Virus record (IMG/VR): IMGVR_UViG_3300035199_000755
Span: 1-52,337 of that record
Length of the DNA stretch: 52,337 nucleotides
Reading direction: 5' to 3' (one strand)
From: a virus
Lineage: Duplodnaviria > Caudoviricetes
Below the pieces are notes generated by a model. It did no database searches. It was not told the DNA's origin and saw only the letters and a program-made list of their open reading frames with translations. This document shows, piece after piece, positions 17,037-28,100 of the stretch. The position numbers were made by a program, and so were the translations under genes. Each line of letters opens with the position of its first letter. Positions within the stretch are counted from its first letter, which is position 1.

Positions 17037-18710
17037 TTATAGCTCTCCGTTAGCACCTGGACCGTAGGTACCACCTGGCAGCTCTTCCATGAGCAACTTA
17101 TATCGTTTACCTGTATCATTATTTCTAAGTGATAGGAAGGTTGGTTCCTCAATCATAGTCCAGTTACCTCGATCATTCTGTAAGTGAAGGTCGCCCGTAT
17201 ATACGTTTTCCCATCGCTTAGATGCAGATCCTAAATCCTGACTGTTATCTGCAGCTGGAAGTAGTCCGCCACCGGTAACTGTAACATTTTTACTGGAATT
17301 ACACTGTAATGTGATACCACCGGCATCAGATAGAAGCTTAATCGACGCGTCGCCATTTCCTTGATCTGCATGGAGAACGATTGTCTCGCTTGTACCACCG
17401 TCTGCAGTTAAAAGAATCGCATTTGCTCCATCAAGTCCTGACTTGATGTTAATACCACCATCATCAGAAAGCAGTTGAATCGATGCTGCTCCTTCCGTTG
17501 CAGCTGTACCTTGATTGGCATGGATAACGATGTTTTCGCTCGTACCACCATTCGCCTCAATGCGAATTGCATTAACTGCATCTAACTTAGACAGTAGACC
17601 AATACCACCGGCATCAGACTCCAGCTGAACTGAGGCATCGGATTCCGTTGCAGCGGAAGCACCAGTACCTTGATCGGAGTGGATGTTAATTGTCTCACTC
17701 GTCCCAGCATCTGCATGGATATAAATGCACGAATCAACATCCTCACCTGCAGTAATAATAATTGAACCGGCTGCATTTGTGATGTCAATATCTTCACCAG
17801 CAGCACCAGCTGCCTTGAACTCCATACCACCTGCCGAAGCCAATAACTGTACCGCATGCTTGTGATTCAACGATGAAGTTAAAGCTAGATGACCAGTTGT
17901 CGTCGTGTTATATCCGGTCGTACCGCAATCAATGTCTATACCACCAGCAGAATTGGCACATACTAGTTTAATTGCATCTTCTGCAGTACCGTCTGAAGAT
18001 ATTTGAAGATCACCATCGGACGGAGAGTTAATGAATATTCCTGAATCTCTGATCTGCAACTTTGTTGTTGCTGATGCACCGAGCAAGAAGTTTGTATCAT
18101 CCCAGGTGAGCTTTGCCAGTCCACCCATCGATCCTCCGTTGTTGTACTGCAACTGCGTATCACTTCCAGCCGGTCCGCCGCCAGCGATGGAATCACCATC
18201 ACCATCGTACAGTGTACCAGAAATAACAACATTACCGCCAAAGACTGCTACTGCACCGTTTTCATTGTTTTTATTCGACGCAGAACCAGAGACGTACCAG
18301 TGAATATCCTCACCAGTAATTGCATGGTTTTGCTCATCACCGTCAAAGAAACCCACGGTGTCCTCTGAGGCATCTATTTTGAGTATACCGCCCTTGTTAA
18401 CTGAGTTAACAATAACGCTCTTATTATCCTGTGAGTCTGCTTCCTGTGCAGTAACTTGATCACCGATGCGTAGAGCACCTGAAATCATTACATCACCGCC
18501 AAAAACGGCTGAGCCCCATCCATCATCTTCATTTAGTGTGCCCTGTGTACCTGAGACATAGAACACTGTATCAGTACCCACGACTGACGTAAAGTCAATG
18601 TCCTGAGTACTATTCTTTATTATTAAACTTCCGGTTAAACCTATCGTTGAGTGACCATCGCCTATCACGTCAGTCGATCCCGATATGTTACCGACAACTA
18701 AACCTGCCAT
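17037..18710 (-). CDS. tail fibre protein
   Basis: Two VSG/FGG repeats, tandem ADGGTSETIV.HA.QG..ASI.L.SD.GGI units, C-terminal LGS.SKRW.NVYTGDLHL.N.RGNWT domain. Confidence 0.75.
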   Translation of the reverse strand: MAGLVVGNISGSTDVIGDGHSTIGLTGSLIIKNSTQDIDFTSVVGTDTVFYVSGTQGTLNEDDGWGSAVFGGDVMISGALRIGDQVTAQEADSQDNKSVIVNSVNKGGILKIDASEDTVGFFDGDEQNHAITGEDIHWYVSGSASNKNNENGAVAVFGGNVVISGTLYDGDGDSIAGGGPAGSDTQLQYNNGGSMGGLAKLTWDDTNFLLGASATTKLQIRDSGIFINSPSDGDLQISSDGTAEDAIKLVCANSAGGIDIDCGTTGYNTTTTGHLALTSSLNHKHAVQLLASAGGMEFKAAGAAGEDIDITNAAGSIIITAGEDVDSCIYIHADAGTSETINIHSDQGTGASAATESDASVQLESDAGGIGLLSKLDAVNAIRIEANGGTSENIVIHANQGTAATEGAASIQLLSDDGGINIKSGLDGANAILLTADGGTSETIVLHADQGNGDASIKLLSDAGGITLQCNSSKNVTVTGGGLLPAADNSQDLGSASKRWENVYTGDLHLQNDRGNWTMIEEPTFLSLRNNDTGKRYKLLMEELPGGTYGPGANGEL

Positions 18711-18746
18711 TTTAAAATCCTCCTATTATAAACGAGAATACGATGA

Positions 18747-21700
18747 TCACTCGTCAATGGGACGAAGCAGCATCTCGTATTTTCTCCCTGTGATATTATT
18801 TATCACGCACAGGTAATCTCTTTCCTCAACAATTGTCCAATTTCCTCGTTCATTTCGAAGATGTAGGTCTCCTGTGTATATATTGGCAAATCTTTTATCA
18901 ATAGATCCTAAATTATATGTTACGTCTGCGGCCGGTAGGATATGATTTTCTACGTAGGTCGAGCCGCTAATAAATAAATCACCACCAAAAACAGCAGTTC
19001 CGCGTGTGGATGTATCTTTAGATCCGATAGTACCCGAAACGTAAAAGTTTACATCAGATTTACTAGCTTCATCCGCTGATGCTGCGGCACCACCCGAAAG
19101 AATTAGAACCTGGTCTGTACCACCGTTAGCAAAGATGGCGTGGGTTTTCCCGTTGGTCTCGACCCTAAAGTCTACATCGGCACTGGCCTCGTTAAAGACA
19201 ACTTCATCTCCGGCTTCGGCCTCAATAGTAATTTTACCGGCTGCGTCCAGATTGATGTCACCGTCTGCGGTCACCGTGAAATTCGCCGCGCTAGCGCCCT
19301 GGTCGCTGGTGGTCAGGGTGGTCGTACCGGACTCTCCAACTGAGATCTTGAAATGATCGAGTAGATTATCGGGCGAGCGAGCTATAAAATGAGTCGAGTC
19401 GTTGGGTGATGTAACATCAATCCCGATGTTGGTGTCCGCACCGGTCAGGTTGATGGCTAACCCCTTCAACGCTTGAACACCCGATGTCCCACCGGTCATT
19501 CGAATATCAGCACCGGTAGCATTGACTGTACCTACATGGGTAGGAGCATCTTGGTTGTAATGGACAGCGATCGCATCATGATAGGCTGTCTGACCGGATG
19601 CAACTATGCCAGTCACATCGTAATCAACCGTCAATCCGGTCGCGTCGGTACCACCTGAGGCCAAGCTGCCCACGTCTGTGGTTCCTGTGTAATTCTTATC
19701 TATCTTTATGGCCGGGTGAGCGCCATCGTCGCTCCGATCTGCAGTGAGTGTTCCTGATACGACTGTGTCACCACCGAAAACAGTTGTTCCTTTCACTGCA
19801 GAATCTTTAGATCCAACAGTACCTGATACAAAGAAGTTAATATCTGTTGATTGTTTGGGTTGCATTGAACTAGCAGCAACGGCTGAACCAGATAGTAATA
19901 TTACTTGTCTATTACTAGATCCCCAATAAGAACCCAGTCTTAGAATTTCCTCTGTTGATGATCCGTTGTGCGTCTTAAACACTAGGTCATTTGAAGAGCT
20001 TAAGTGCATCATCGCTCCGATTGCACCTGCAGACCCTGCAAACTCTATCGATGAATTATTTGCGTTGTTACTTCTCTGTATTCTTACTGTTGGAGAAGAA
20101 TCTTTAACGTGAACTGTCGTGGCAGGGGAAGCACCGGTCGAGCCTATTCCAAGCCGATCATTTCCGGCATCGACAAAAAGCATATGTGTGTTATTGACTG
20201 ATTCAACTCTGAAATCTACATCTGCGGCTTGTTCATTGAACGTTGCGGCACCATCAGAGCCCAGAACTATATCAGCATTTGCAACTGCTGTGGCACCTAT
20301 GATTACTGTTTCAACGCCAGAACTATCAGACGGATACAAGAACGAGCCGCCGTCAGTCCACTCGCTAGATCCACCGCCACCAGAGGATGTAATAGTAACC
20401 TGACCGTTTGAAGCAGATGTGATTGTAACGTTAGAACCCGCGACAAGATACGGGAGACCACCCGATGTATGATGAATCGATCCCGAAATTGTTCCGCCCT
20501 GCTCGTAAAGCCCCTCGCCGACGATAAGAGAGCCACTAACAACCACATCGCCCATAAACACGGACGACGCTTCACCTTGTCCGTCAGACTCTCCAGTACC
20601 CTGGTGTCCTATCGCACCACTAACAACAAATTTGATTCCGCTGGCAACGTTTTCTGGAGATCCAAAATCGACCTGCCAGTGACTGCTTCCATCATCCTCT
20701 GATGGACCCACAACCAAGGCTCCTGACACGACGGTATCTCCACCTAAGAGAATGGCTCCGTTACCGCCAAGGCCTACGCCGTCGCCTTGGAGACCCACAC
20801 CATTAACACCTGATATGAACGTATGTACGTTCGTTCCTACTTTGTCTCCCAACGGTGAACCAAGATAAACAGTTCCGCTAACCACTACGTCTCCACCAAA
20901 AAGCGCTGCTCCCCGAGTGCCTTGGCCTTGGCCGCCAATCGTACCGGAAACGTAGAGCGCAATATCAGCCCCTGTTGCTTCATTCGTTGATGACGCAGCA
21001 CCGCCTGAGAGTATCAAGACTTGATCTTGGTCACCATCGACAAAGATGGCAGCCTTATTATTAGAATTAACAGTAAAGTCCCAACCTTGACTGGAGTAGT
21101 CGAATATTACGTTACCCTTAGTCCTAATTTCTCCCTGGGGTGTGTATAGAGAGAGAGCATTGGCACTTTGGTCCCATAAGACATAATTGTTCGTCGTTTC
21201 TCCGTAGACCTGGAAATCTACACCGGCTTTGTCCTCGCCTAATGTTAACTTGCCTCGTTCATTGGCATCAGCGTCCCAATGAAAAACAGCTCCTTCACCA
21301 CCGGCGTCAGTTTGCGTGTTGTAAAGTTTAACATCCTGCCCGGAGCCTGAAACCCCTACTTCAAGACCACCGCTAAGAACCAAATCACCGCCGAAAACAG
21401 CTGTTCCTCTTGTACTTGAATCTTTAGAACCTATAGTTCCTGACACGTACAGGTTTACATCAGAGCCGTTGTAATCAGATACCCTCTCGGTACCGATCAT
21501 CGATAGGTAAGTTGTTCCAGTAACGACTAGGTCACCCTCAATTACCGCTGTGTTCTTACTCGAACCCGCAAGCTTCGATCCCGCGGTTCCCGATACGTGA
21601 AAGAAAACATCATTCGATGCAATACCCACGTTTGGGCCTGCGTTCGAAGAACTTTTGCCTACCCTGTCACCAAGATAAACAAACGATGCGGTAACTATTG

Positions 21701-24269
21701 TTCCCATATTCTGGTCAGCTTCGATGGTTATACCACCGCCGAGTTCCCCTGCCTTAACGGCTTCAAGGTAGATCGACTTCGGATTTCCACCAGAACCACC
21801 ACCGGTGGTGCTATATCCGTCTGATGATATTGTTACCTGACCATCAGCCTCAATCGTTATACCACCGTCATCAGACTGGAGCTCTATTGAATTACTGACC
21901 TCTGAGTCCTGAACACGGACAAAGAACGTTGGGTTCGTCGAAACAGTGCCCTGAATATCGTAATCCACACCTCGGACACCTACATTGAAATCAACACCTT
22001 CAGCATTCTGCGTTAGCATACCATTTGGGGTGTGGAGCTGAATTCCCGTGTCTGCTGCGGAACCTGCTACCTTATCGGCCTGAATTAAGACCATTGGATT
22101 ATTGGTACCATCGTCGCCGGCCGACACTATCTTTATTCTTCCGACGCTGTCTGCTGAAATTGTGCCGACGCTACTTGAAGCATAAAAAGCGCCGCTGGTA
22201 ACCATGTCACCACCGAAAACAGCCACACCTTTGGTGCTGGTGTCTTTTGACCCTATCGTTCCTGAAACGAAGAAAGCTAGATCAGAATAATTACCTTCTG
22301 TGGGGGAGCCTGGATTACCGCCTGACATGATCAAAACTTGATCATACTTGTGGGCGGCGGTGCCGCTACCTCCTAAAAGAATAACATCTGTACTGCTTTC
22401 CTGAATTGTTAAGCCGCTTTTACCACCGGCTTGTAGTTGAATTTTATCGTCTTCGAAATAAAGAAATGTGTCACCATCGCCTAGGTGAGCTAACCATCTT
22501 TCTGTTTCCAAGCCATCAGATTCGCTAATATTGACTAATTCGTTATTATTGGAGAAAAACTGAAAATGGCCGTTGGCAGCATCGTCGCCAATTTTCACGT
22601 AGGTATCTGAATCTCCGTCCTTGTTGCTTCTTATTTCGTTGGTATAAAGTGTTCCTGATACGACTGTGTCGCCACCGAAAACAGACACACCTTTGGTGCT
22701 GGAGTCTTTTGAACCAATTGTTCCTGAAACAAAGAAAGCCAGGTCAGGATAATCTGATTCATCGATGGAAGAGGCTGCACCACCGGAAAGAACAAGAACC
22801 TGATCTGTACCTGCATTGACAAATATCGCATGGGACCTGTTATCTGTCTCTACCCTAAAGTCGACGTTGGCGTGGCCAGGATCATTAAAAACAGCACCAG
22901 TACCATCTATTCTTAATATTTCACCCCAACCCTGGTTGACAATAAAATCTACGTCTGCGTCTCCAGCGTTAAACTCTATAAGGTCCTGAGAACCGTCTTC
23001 TGTTATTTTTATAAAGTCAACGCCGCCGGCTTGAATATTAATATCGTCATCTTGAAAACGAATGTATGTGTCTGTATCACCGATGTGCTTGATATATTCT
23101 GCGGTAAGAAGGTCACCTGAAACCGTTAGATCATCAGTAACCGCTATATCTTCTGGGTATAACGTACCGGAAACTACAACATCACCACCGAATAGCGCAA
23201 CACCCTTGGTACTGGAATCCTTTGATCCTATTGTTCCTGAAACGAAGAATGCTAGGTCTGAAAATCCACTTTCTTTAGGGGATGCTGCGGCACCACCAGA
23301 CAGGATCAGGACTTGATCATACTTGTGGGCTGCGGCAGTCCAGCCGCCCAGGTGGACTATGCTATTTGCACCTTCATTAAGTGATAAGCCCATTTGGCCG
23401 CCTGCGAGAATACCGACATTATCATCCCCAAAAGTTATATACGTGTCACCGTCACCTAAGTGAGCCACAAAGTCAGCGACCTCAAGACCGTCGGTCGAGC
23501 TAATATTAACTTTCTCTGAACCGCCAGCGTAAAATTTGATATGGTTCGCAGAAGAACCGATATCAATATAGTTGTCTGAATCTGATATGCTCTTTACAGT
23601 GTCGGTATAAAGTGTTCCCGATACAACAGTGTCACCACCAAAGACGGATACACCTTTGGTGCTGGAGTCTTTTGAACCTATTGTTCCTGAAACAAAGAAT
23701 GCCAGGTCAGGATAATCTGATTCATCGATCGATGTACCGCTGCCGCCTGAAAGGATAAAGATCTGATCATTTGTGCTGTTGGCGAATAATGCATGATCTC
23801 TATTTGCCGTCTTTACCTGGAAATCATCTTCTGTCGAACCAGCGCCTAGTGAATTTACAGTAAGACCTTGTCGAATCTCTGCGCTTTGGGATACGAAGAA
23901 GGTACCAGAAACAGATAACGAGCCAGTGGTCGTTGTATTTACTTCGATTACTTGGCTTTCAGCGTATAGAGTACCACTAACAACGACATCGCCATCGAAT
24001 AAAGACACGCCACGCCTTGACGATTGGCGATCATTAACGCTACCAGATACATAGAAAAACACATCTGAGCCTGCAAGTGCTGGCATTTCATCAGAAAATT
24101 CAGCGCTGGCAGAGCCCATTTTAACATAGCTCGCTGATATTACGAGGTAATCAGTTCCACCCGTACTCGAGCCACTAACTTTACCGACGGCAAGGCGTTC
24201 GGCAGCCAGCCTGGCGTCATCAGTTATTTTTGGATTAAATCCACCGCCGATAACCTTAGTATTACTCAC
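18747..24269 (-). CDS. long tail fibre protein (1840 aa)
   Basis: About 12 copies of F.VSGTIGSKD...FGGD.VVSG, DVDFRVE modules, same C-terminal GDLHL/GNWT domain as the neighbour. Confidence 0.8.
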   Translation of the reverse strand: MSNTKVIGGGFNPKITDDARLAAERLAVGKVSGSSTGGTDYLVISASYVKMGSASAEFSDEMPALAGSDVFFYVSGSVNDRQSSRRGVSLFDGDVVVSGTLYAESQVIEVNTTTTGSLSVSGTFFVSQSAEIRQGLTVNSLGAGSTEDDFQVKTANRDHALFANSTNDQIFILSGGSGTSIDESDYPDLAFFVSGTIGSKDSSTKGVSVFGGDTVVSGTLYTDTVKSISDSDNYIDIGSSANHIKFYAGGSEKVNISSTDGLEVADFVAHLGDGDTYITFGDDNVGILAGGQMGLSLNEGANSIVHLGGWTAAAHKYDQVLILSGGAAASPKESGFSDLAFFVSGTIGSKDSSTKGVALFGGDVVVSGTLYPEDIAVTDDLTVSGDLLTAEYIKHIGDTDTYIRFQDDDINIQAGGVDFIKITEDGSQDLIEFNAGDADVDFIVNQGWGEILRIDGTGAVFNDPGHANVDFRVETDNRSHAIFVNAGTDQVLVLSGGAASSIDESDYPDLAFFVSGTIGSKDSSTKGVSVFGGDTVVSGTLYTNEIRSNKDGDSDTYVKIGDDAANGHFQFFSNNNELVNISESDGLETERWLAHLGDGDTFLYFEDDKIQLQAGGKSGLTIQESSTDVILLGGSGTAAHKYDQVLIMSGGNPGSPTEGNYSDLAFFVSGTIGSKDTSTKGVAVFGGDMVTSGAFYASSSVGTISADSVGRIKIVSAGDDGTNNPMVLIQADKVAGSAADTGIQLHTPNGMLTQNAEGVDFNVGVRGVDYDIQGTVSTNPTFFVRVQDSEVSNSIELQSDDGGITIEADGQVTISSDGYSTTGGGSGGNPKSIYLEAVKAGELGGGITIEADQNMGTIVTASFVYLGDRVGKSSSNAGPNVGIASNDVFFHVSGTAGSKLAGSSKNTAVIEGDLVVTGTTYLSMIGTERVSDYNGSDVNLYVSGTIGSKDSSTRGTAVFGGDLVLSGGLEVGVSGSGQDVKLYNTQTDAGGEGAVFHWDADANERGKLTLGEDKAGVDFQVYGETTNNYVLWDQSANALSLYTPQGEIRTKGNVIFDYSSQGWDFTVNSNNKAAIFVDGDQDQVLILSGGAASSTNEATGADIALYVSGTIGGQGQGTRGAALFGGDVVVSGTVYLGSPLGDKVGTNVHTFISGVNGVGLQGDGVGLGGNGAILLGGDTVVSGALVVGPSEDDGSSHWQVDFGSPENVASGIKFVVSGAIGHQGTGESDGQGEASSVFMGDVVVSGSLIVGEGLYEQGGTISGSIHHTSGGLPYLVAGSNVTITSASNGQVTITSSGGGGSSEWTDGGSFLYPSDSSGVETVIIGATAVANADIVLGSDGAATFNEQAADVDFRVESVNNTHMLFVDAGNDRLGIGSTGASPATTVHVKDSSPTVRIQRSNNANNSSIEFAGSAGAIGAMMHLSSSNDLVFKTHNGSSTEEILRLGSYWGSSNRQVILLSGSAVAASSMQPKQSTDINFFVSGTVGSKDSAVKGTTVFGGDTVVSGTLTADRSDDGAHPAIKIDKNYTGTTDVGSLASGGTDATGLTVDYDVTGIVASGQTAYHDAIAVHYNQDAPTHVGTVNATGADIRMTGGTSGVQALKGLAINLTGADTNIGIDVTSPNDSTHFIARSPDNLLDHFKISVGESGTTTLTTSDQGASAANFTVTADGDINLDAAGKITIEAEAGDEVVFNEASADVDFRVETNGKTHAIFANGGTDQVLILSGGAAASADEASKSDVNFYVSGTIGSKDTSTRGTAVFGGDLFISGSTYVENHILPAADVTYNLGSIDKRFANIYTGDLHLRNERGNWTIVEERDYLCVINNITGRKYEMLLRPIDE
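22641..22766. repeat. about 125-bp intragenic direct repeat, copy 1
   Basis: Near-identical to 23604-23729; the differences seen are synonymous. Confidence 0.85.
23604..23729. repeat. about 125-bp intragenic direct repeat, copy 2
   Basis: Encodes IDESDYPDLAFFVSGTIGSKDSSTKGVSVFGGDTVVSGTLYT, identical in protein to copy 1. Confidence 0.85.
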
Positions 24270-24285
24270 TCGCAGCTCCCCCTAG

Positions 24286-24591
24286 TTATGATACTGTCCA
24301 CTGATACACATCAACTGATAGATCGCCGTTATTACCTTCATAGCTAACTCTCAAATATGGAAATAACCCCTCAAGAAATATAGAACTCTCAGTTGTATCA
24401 ATCACCGTTGAGCAATCAGCCCAATTACTATTATCAATCGACCATTGCATCTTAACTTCTGCCTGAGCAGACATTGTTATCAGCACTTGGTGATGCTCGT
24501 AATCAGTCGATGTCGCGATTGTCGCGTTTCCGCTAGCCGTTGAACTTGAAACATCTACAACGTTATTTTGCGTGTTCGTACTAAATGCCAT
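24286..24591 (-). CDS. small beta-rich virion protein
   Basis: 101 aa, paralog of 24618..25028, ATATTTA element and GGAG SD upstream. Confidence 0.7.
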   Translation of the reverse strand: MAFSTNTQNNVVDVSSSTASGNATIATSTDYEHHQVLITMSAQAEVKMQWSIDNSNWADCSTVIDTTESSIFLEGLFPYLRVSYEGNNGDLSVDVYQWTVS

Positions 24592-24617
24592 ATGCGATCT
24601 CCACTTTACATAAATAT

Positions 24618-25028
24618 TTATTTATTAGGGAACCTACGAGACCTATAAACTCGTACATACCTTCCACTATTCTTACCTAGTTCCAAATCAGACTCGTAAA
24701 CTTTTCTAAATTTAGGACCGCCGATACGATCTTCCTCAAAATCAAGTGCAATATAACTAACCCCGACAATTCCAGTATTGCCATTCCACTCAACATTTAA
24801 TATAGGACTTACACCGGTATAATAAATCGTTCCCGTATTAGTTAAAACATCAGATGCTATACCCATTCTCGTAACGAAATCAGTAACGAGACCCCACCTG
24901 AGATACACGTTTGCTTCTTCGCTAATGGTAACATGAAAAATCCACGAGCTTGCACTTAAAGAGCCGGGAACTGTAAGTTGGCCGCTGGATTCTTGCGATG
25001 ATATGAAATCTGTATTGGTAAATGCCAT
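24618..25028 (-). CDS. small beta-rich virion protein
   Basis: 136 aa, paralog of 24286..24591 plus a basic C-terminal tail. Confidence 0.7.
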   Translation of the reverse strand: MAFTNTDFISSQESSGQLTVPGSLSASSWIFHVTISEEANVYLRWGLVTDFVTRMGIASDVLTNTGTIYYTGVSPILNVEWNGNTGIVGVSYIALDFEEDRIGGPKFRKVYESDLELGKNSGRYVRVYRSRRFPNK

Positions 25029-25106
25029 GTGATACTCTTCTATTAAATATTACGCATGTATTCCAGCTTAATTAGGAAAGTAAAAGAGTATTGAATTACA
25101 TGGGAA

Positions 25107-28100
25107 TCAGTCTATCATACGAATGTCCCATGTTCTTGTACTAAATCCGAAGTCTCCATTATCGACTTTGGCAATACATACCCTATTTGCACGTAGGTTT
25201 ATTTGGTGGGTATCTTTTAGACCCCAGCAAAACATACGCTTCTTTTCCCCATTCTCTCCAAGAATGCTTAATAATAAATACGGTTTATTTTTTCTTGTTC
25301 GTTTGACATGTATATCATCTATAATAAACCAATGTATGGGTAACTCTGGATTATATTTGTTAATCGGTGGTACTTCACGTTTATCTAGCTCCTGACGTAA
25401 TTTGGAAGACACTATCAGCGAAATATCTACATGCCCAACGAGCGTTTTAAGCATTTCAATTTTTTCTGACCTAGTCCAATCTTCTATTTCCCGCGTATCA
25501 GAAATTAAACAATGAAAATCATCAATCGTAAATTTCTTCTTTTTAAGAAGTAAGTTGTTTTCAACAACGATATGGTGCATATGCCTATACGATGAAAATA
25601 ATTTATCTTCGCCAACGACATCAAGCGAATTAAATGCTCCCACCTTGATAAGGTTCTCTAACGAGCGCTTATTGAACTTGCCATGTTTCCACGCCCCATC
25701 ATCGTTCCATAATAAATCGTGTATATTATTATAAGGTCTATTGTTCGTAATTTCTTCCACCGCGGATAATCCCACACCCTTGACCGTTAAAAAGGACGGC
25801 ATGAATTTTTTATCAGGCATAATTGTCCACTTGTCAGATGCATAATTTATATCGATATTTACTATGTCATACCCACGTGACTTAATTTCAGAAAGAGCTC
25901 TAGAACGCTTGCGAGGATCTTCAGCCTGGGTCTCCATGTAAGCACACAGCCATTCTGCCTCGTAATATGTCATTAACCATGCACAGTAGTATGAATCAAT
26001 TGCATATGATACAGCGTGGCTTTTATTAAATCCGTACCCACTAAAAAAGAGTATTTTTTCGTACAGGTCATCAGCCACCGCTGGATCGATACCATTTTTC
26101 TTAGCACCACTGACGAATTGTTGCTTAAGTTCACGAACCTGTTTTGCTTGAGCGTCTTTTTTACTTGCTGATCGCTTCATAATCAATCTACGAATCATAT
26201 CACAATCTTCCTGGGGAAAGCCTGCGACAACATTGCATAGCTCCATAACTTGCTCCTGAAAAATAATTGCGCCGAATGTAGGTTCAAGAACTTGCTTGAT
26301 TAGCGGGTGTTTATAGTCTATACTTTCAGGATTAGATTTTGATTTCATGTATATCTTATGAACATTTGCCGATAGTGGCCCTGGACGATAAATAGACGTT
26401 AGCGTTGCTATATCTATAATACTTCTCGGCTCAGATTGCATAAACAATTTTTGTGCTCCACGTTGGGTTGCCTGGAAAATGCCGCCCCATTTTCCCGAAT
26501 GGTAAATATTCTCATACACATTCTGATCGTTCATATCCATTACCTTTGGATCCATATGCTCATTGAACCAATTCTTAACATTATCAAAACTGGGATTTGG
26601 TGTACCTTCATGACGTTTAAGTATTAATTCGATGCAACGTTGAATTATTCGTAACGTTTCAAGACCGAGGAGGTCGAACTTGATCCAGCCAAATTCCTCG
26701 AGGTGCTTATAGTGTATTCCTTCTACCCAGGGGGTTTGTGCTTCACCTCTGGCAGTAATGACAGGCATTCGTTCTAAAACATTTTCGCTAATAATAACAC
26801 CACCAGCGTGGCGACCTAGTGCCTTATTCTGCTTGAAAAGTACGCTAATGGGTTCTGCTATATGGGGATATTTTTCAATAAAATCCTTAAACGACTTGCT
26901 ATATTTTATAGCATCATCATACAGAAGCGTAAATAGGTTTTTATCCATTCCCTTTTTAAAAGTTGCCGCCTTTACGTCATTTTCAACAGGCGACATGGCT
27001 GCATTCACTTCTTCGAACGGAATTCCGTAAAATCTAGCGATATCTTTTACAAGCGATTTTAATTTAAACGTATTATAGTTAGAGATTGGTAAAATATTTT
27101 GAGCTCCGAACTGTTCCCTAAGTAACTCTAACAATAAATCGCGGTCTGCAACATCAGTATCAATGTCGGGGGCACCCTGACGATGGGTGCTAAGAAACCG
27201 CTCGAACAACAACCCATATTCTATGGGATCAACGTTTGTTAAACCAAGAACATACGCGACCAGTGAACCAGCGGCAGAACCCCTACCAGGACCTATAAGC
27301 ATGCGTTTACGAGCAACATCAAGAATCGCTTTCATGGTAAGAAAATACTTTGAAAACTTCTTTTGCTTAATAACCTTAAGTTCGGTAATAAGTCTGTTAA
27401 CGTATTGTTTGTCAGTCAATCCGCACTTTCGTAATCCCTCTTTACACATTTGAACGAGCGCTTCATCATCTGTTTTACCCTTTGGAACAACATAACTGGG
27501 GAGCTTTACTGACTTGTCTGCAACTATGTTATCAATCTCATGATGAACAATATCGCTTGTTCTTTCTATCGCATCCAATACTATGTCGTTGTTGTAGAAA
27601 CTATATTCTTCAGTCGTTTCAAAATAAGATTCCCATGTTTGCTCAGCATTTTTTGGATACAGTTCGCATTTTAACTCGTCTCTGCTCTTGGGTAATTTAC
27701 TCGGATCAAACTCCTTATAATTTAACCAGCCTAGCTTTTTATACAACTCACGTTCTTTCCAGTGATCTGGGTGGGCATAGTGGGAATCGCATGTCACAAC
27801 AAGGTTATCATTCAAACCTTTATCATCTGCAAATTGAAGAATTGCTCTGTTTACTAGATGTTGCGCAGGTAATTTATTAAACTGCAATTCTAACTTAACA
27901 TTTTCATCACCTGCGACATCAGATAACGCATCGAACACATTACCGATACCCGTCTGAACCTTTGTCATAAGACTCGTATCGTTTAATAGGCTAGCATGAA
28001 GATTATCAAATTCTACCTGTTGTAAGTGTTTAAATACCTCGTATGCCATTGGACCACCGAGGCATGCAGTTGATATAAGAAGATGACCGCCTTTGGCGGC

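Noticed and set aside
18747-24269. Diversity-generating retroelement TR/VR pair or CRISPR array in the repeats
   Set aside because: The repeats are in-frame coding modules with synonymous third-position changes, not adenine-specific ones; there is no reverse transcriptase and no regular repeat-spacer period.
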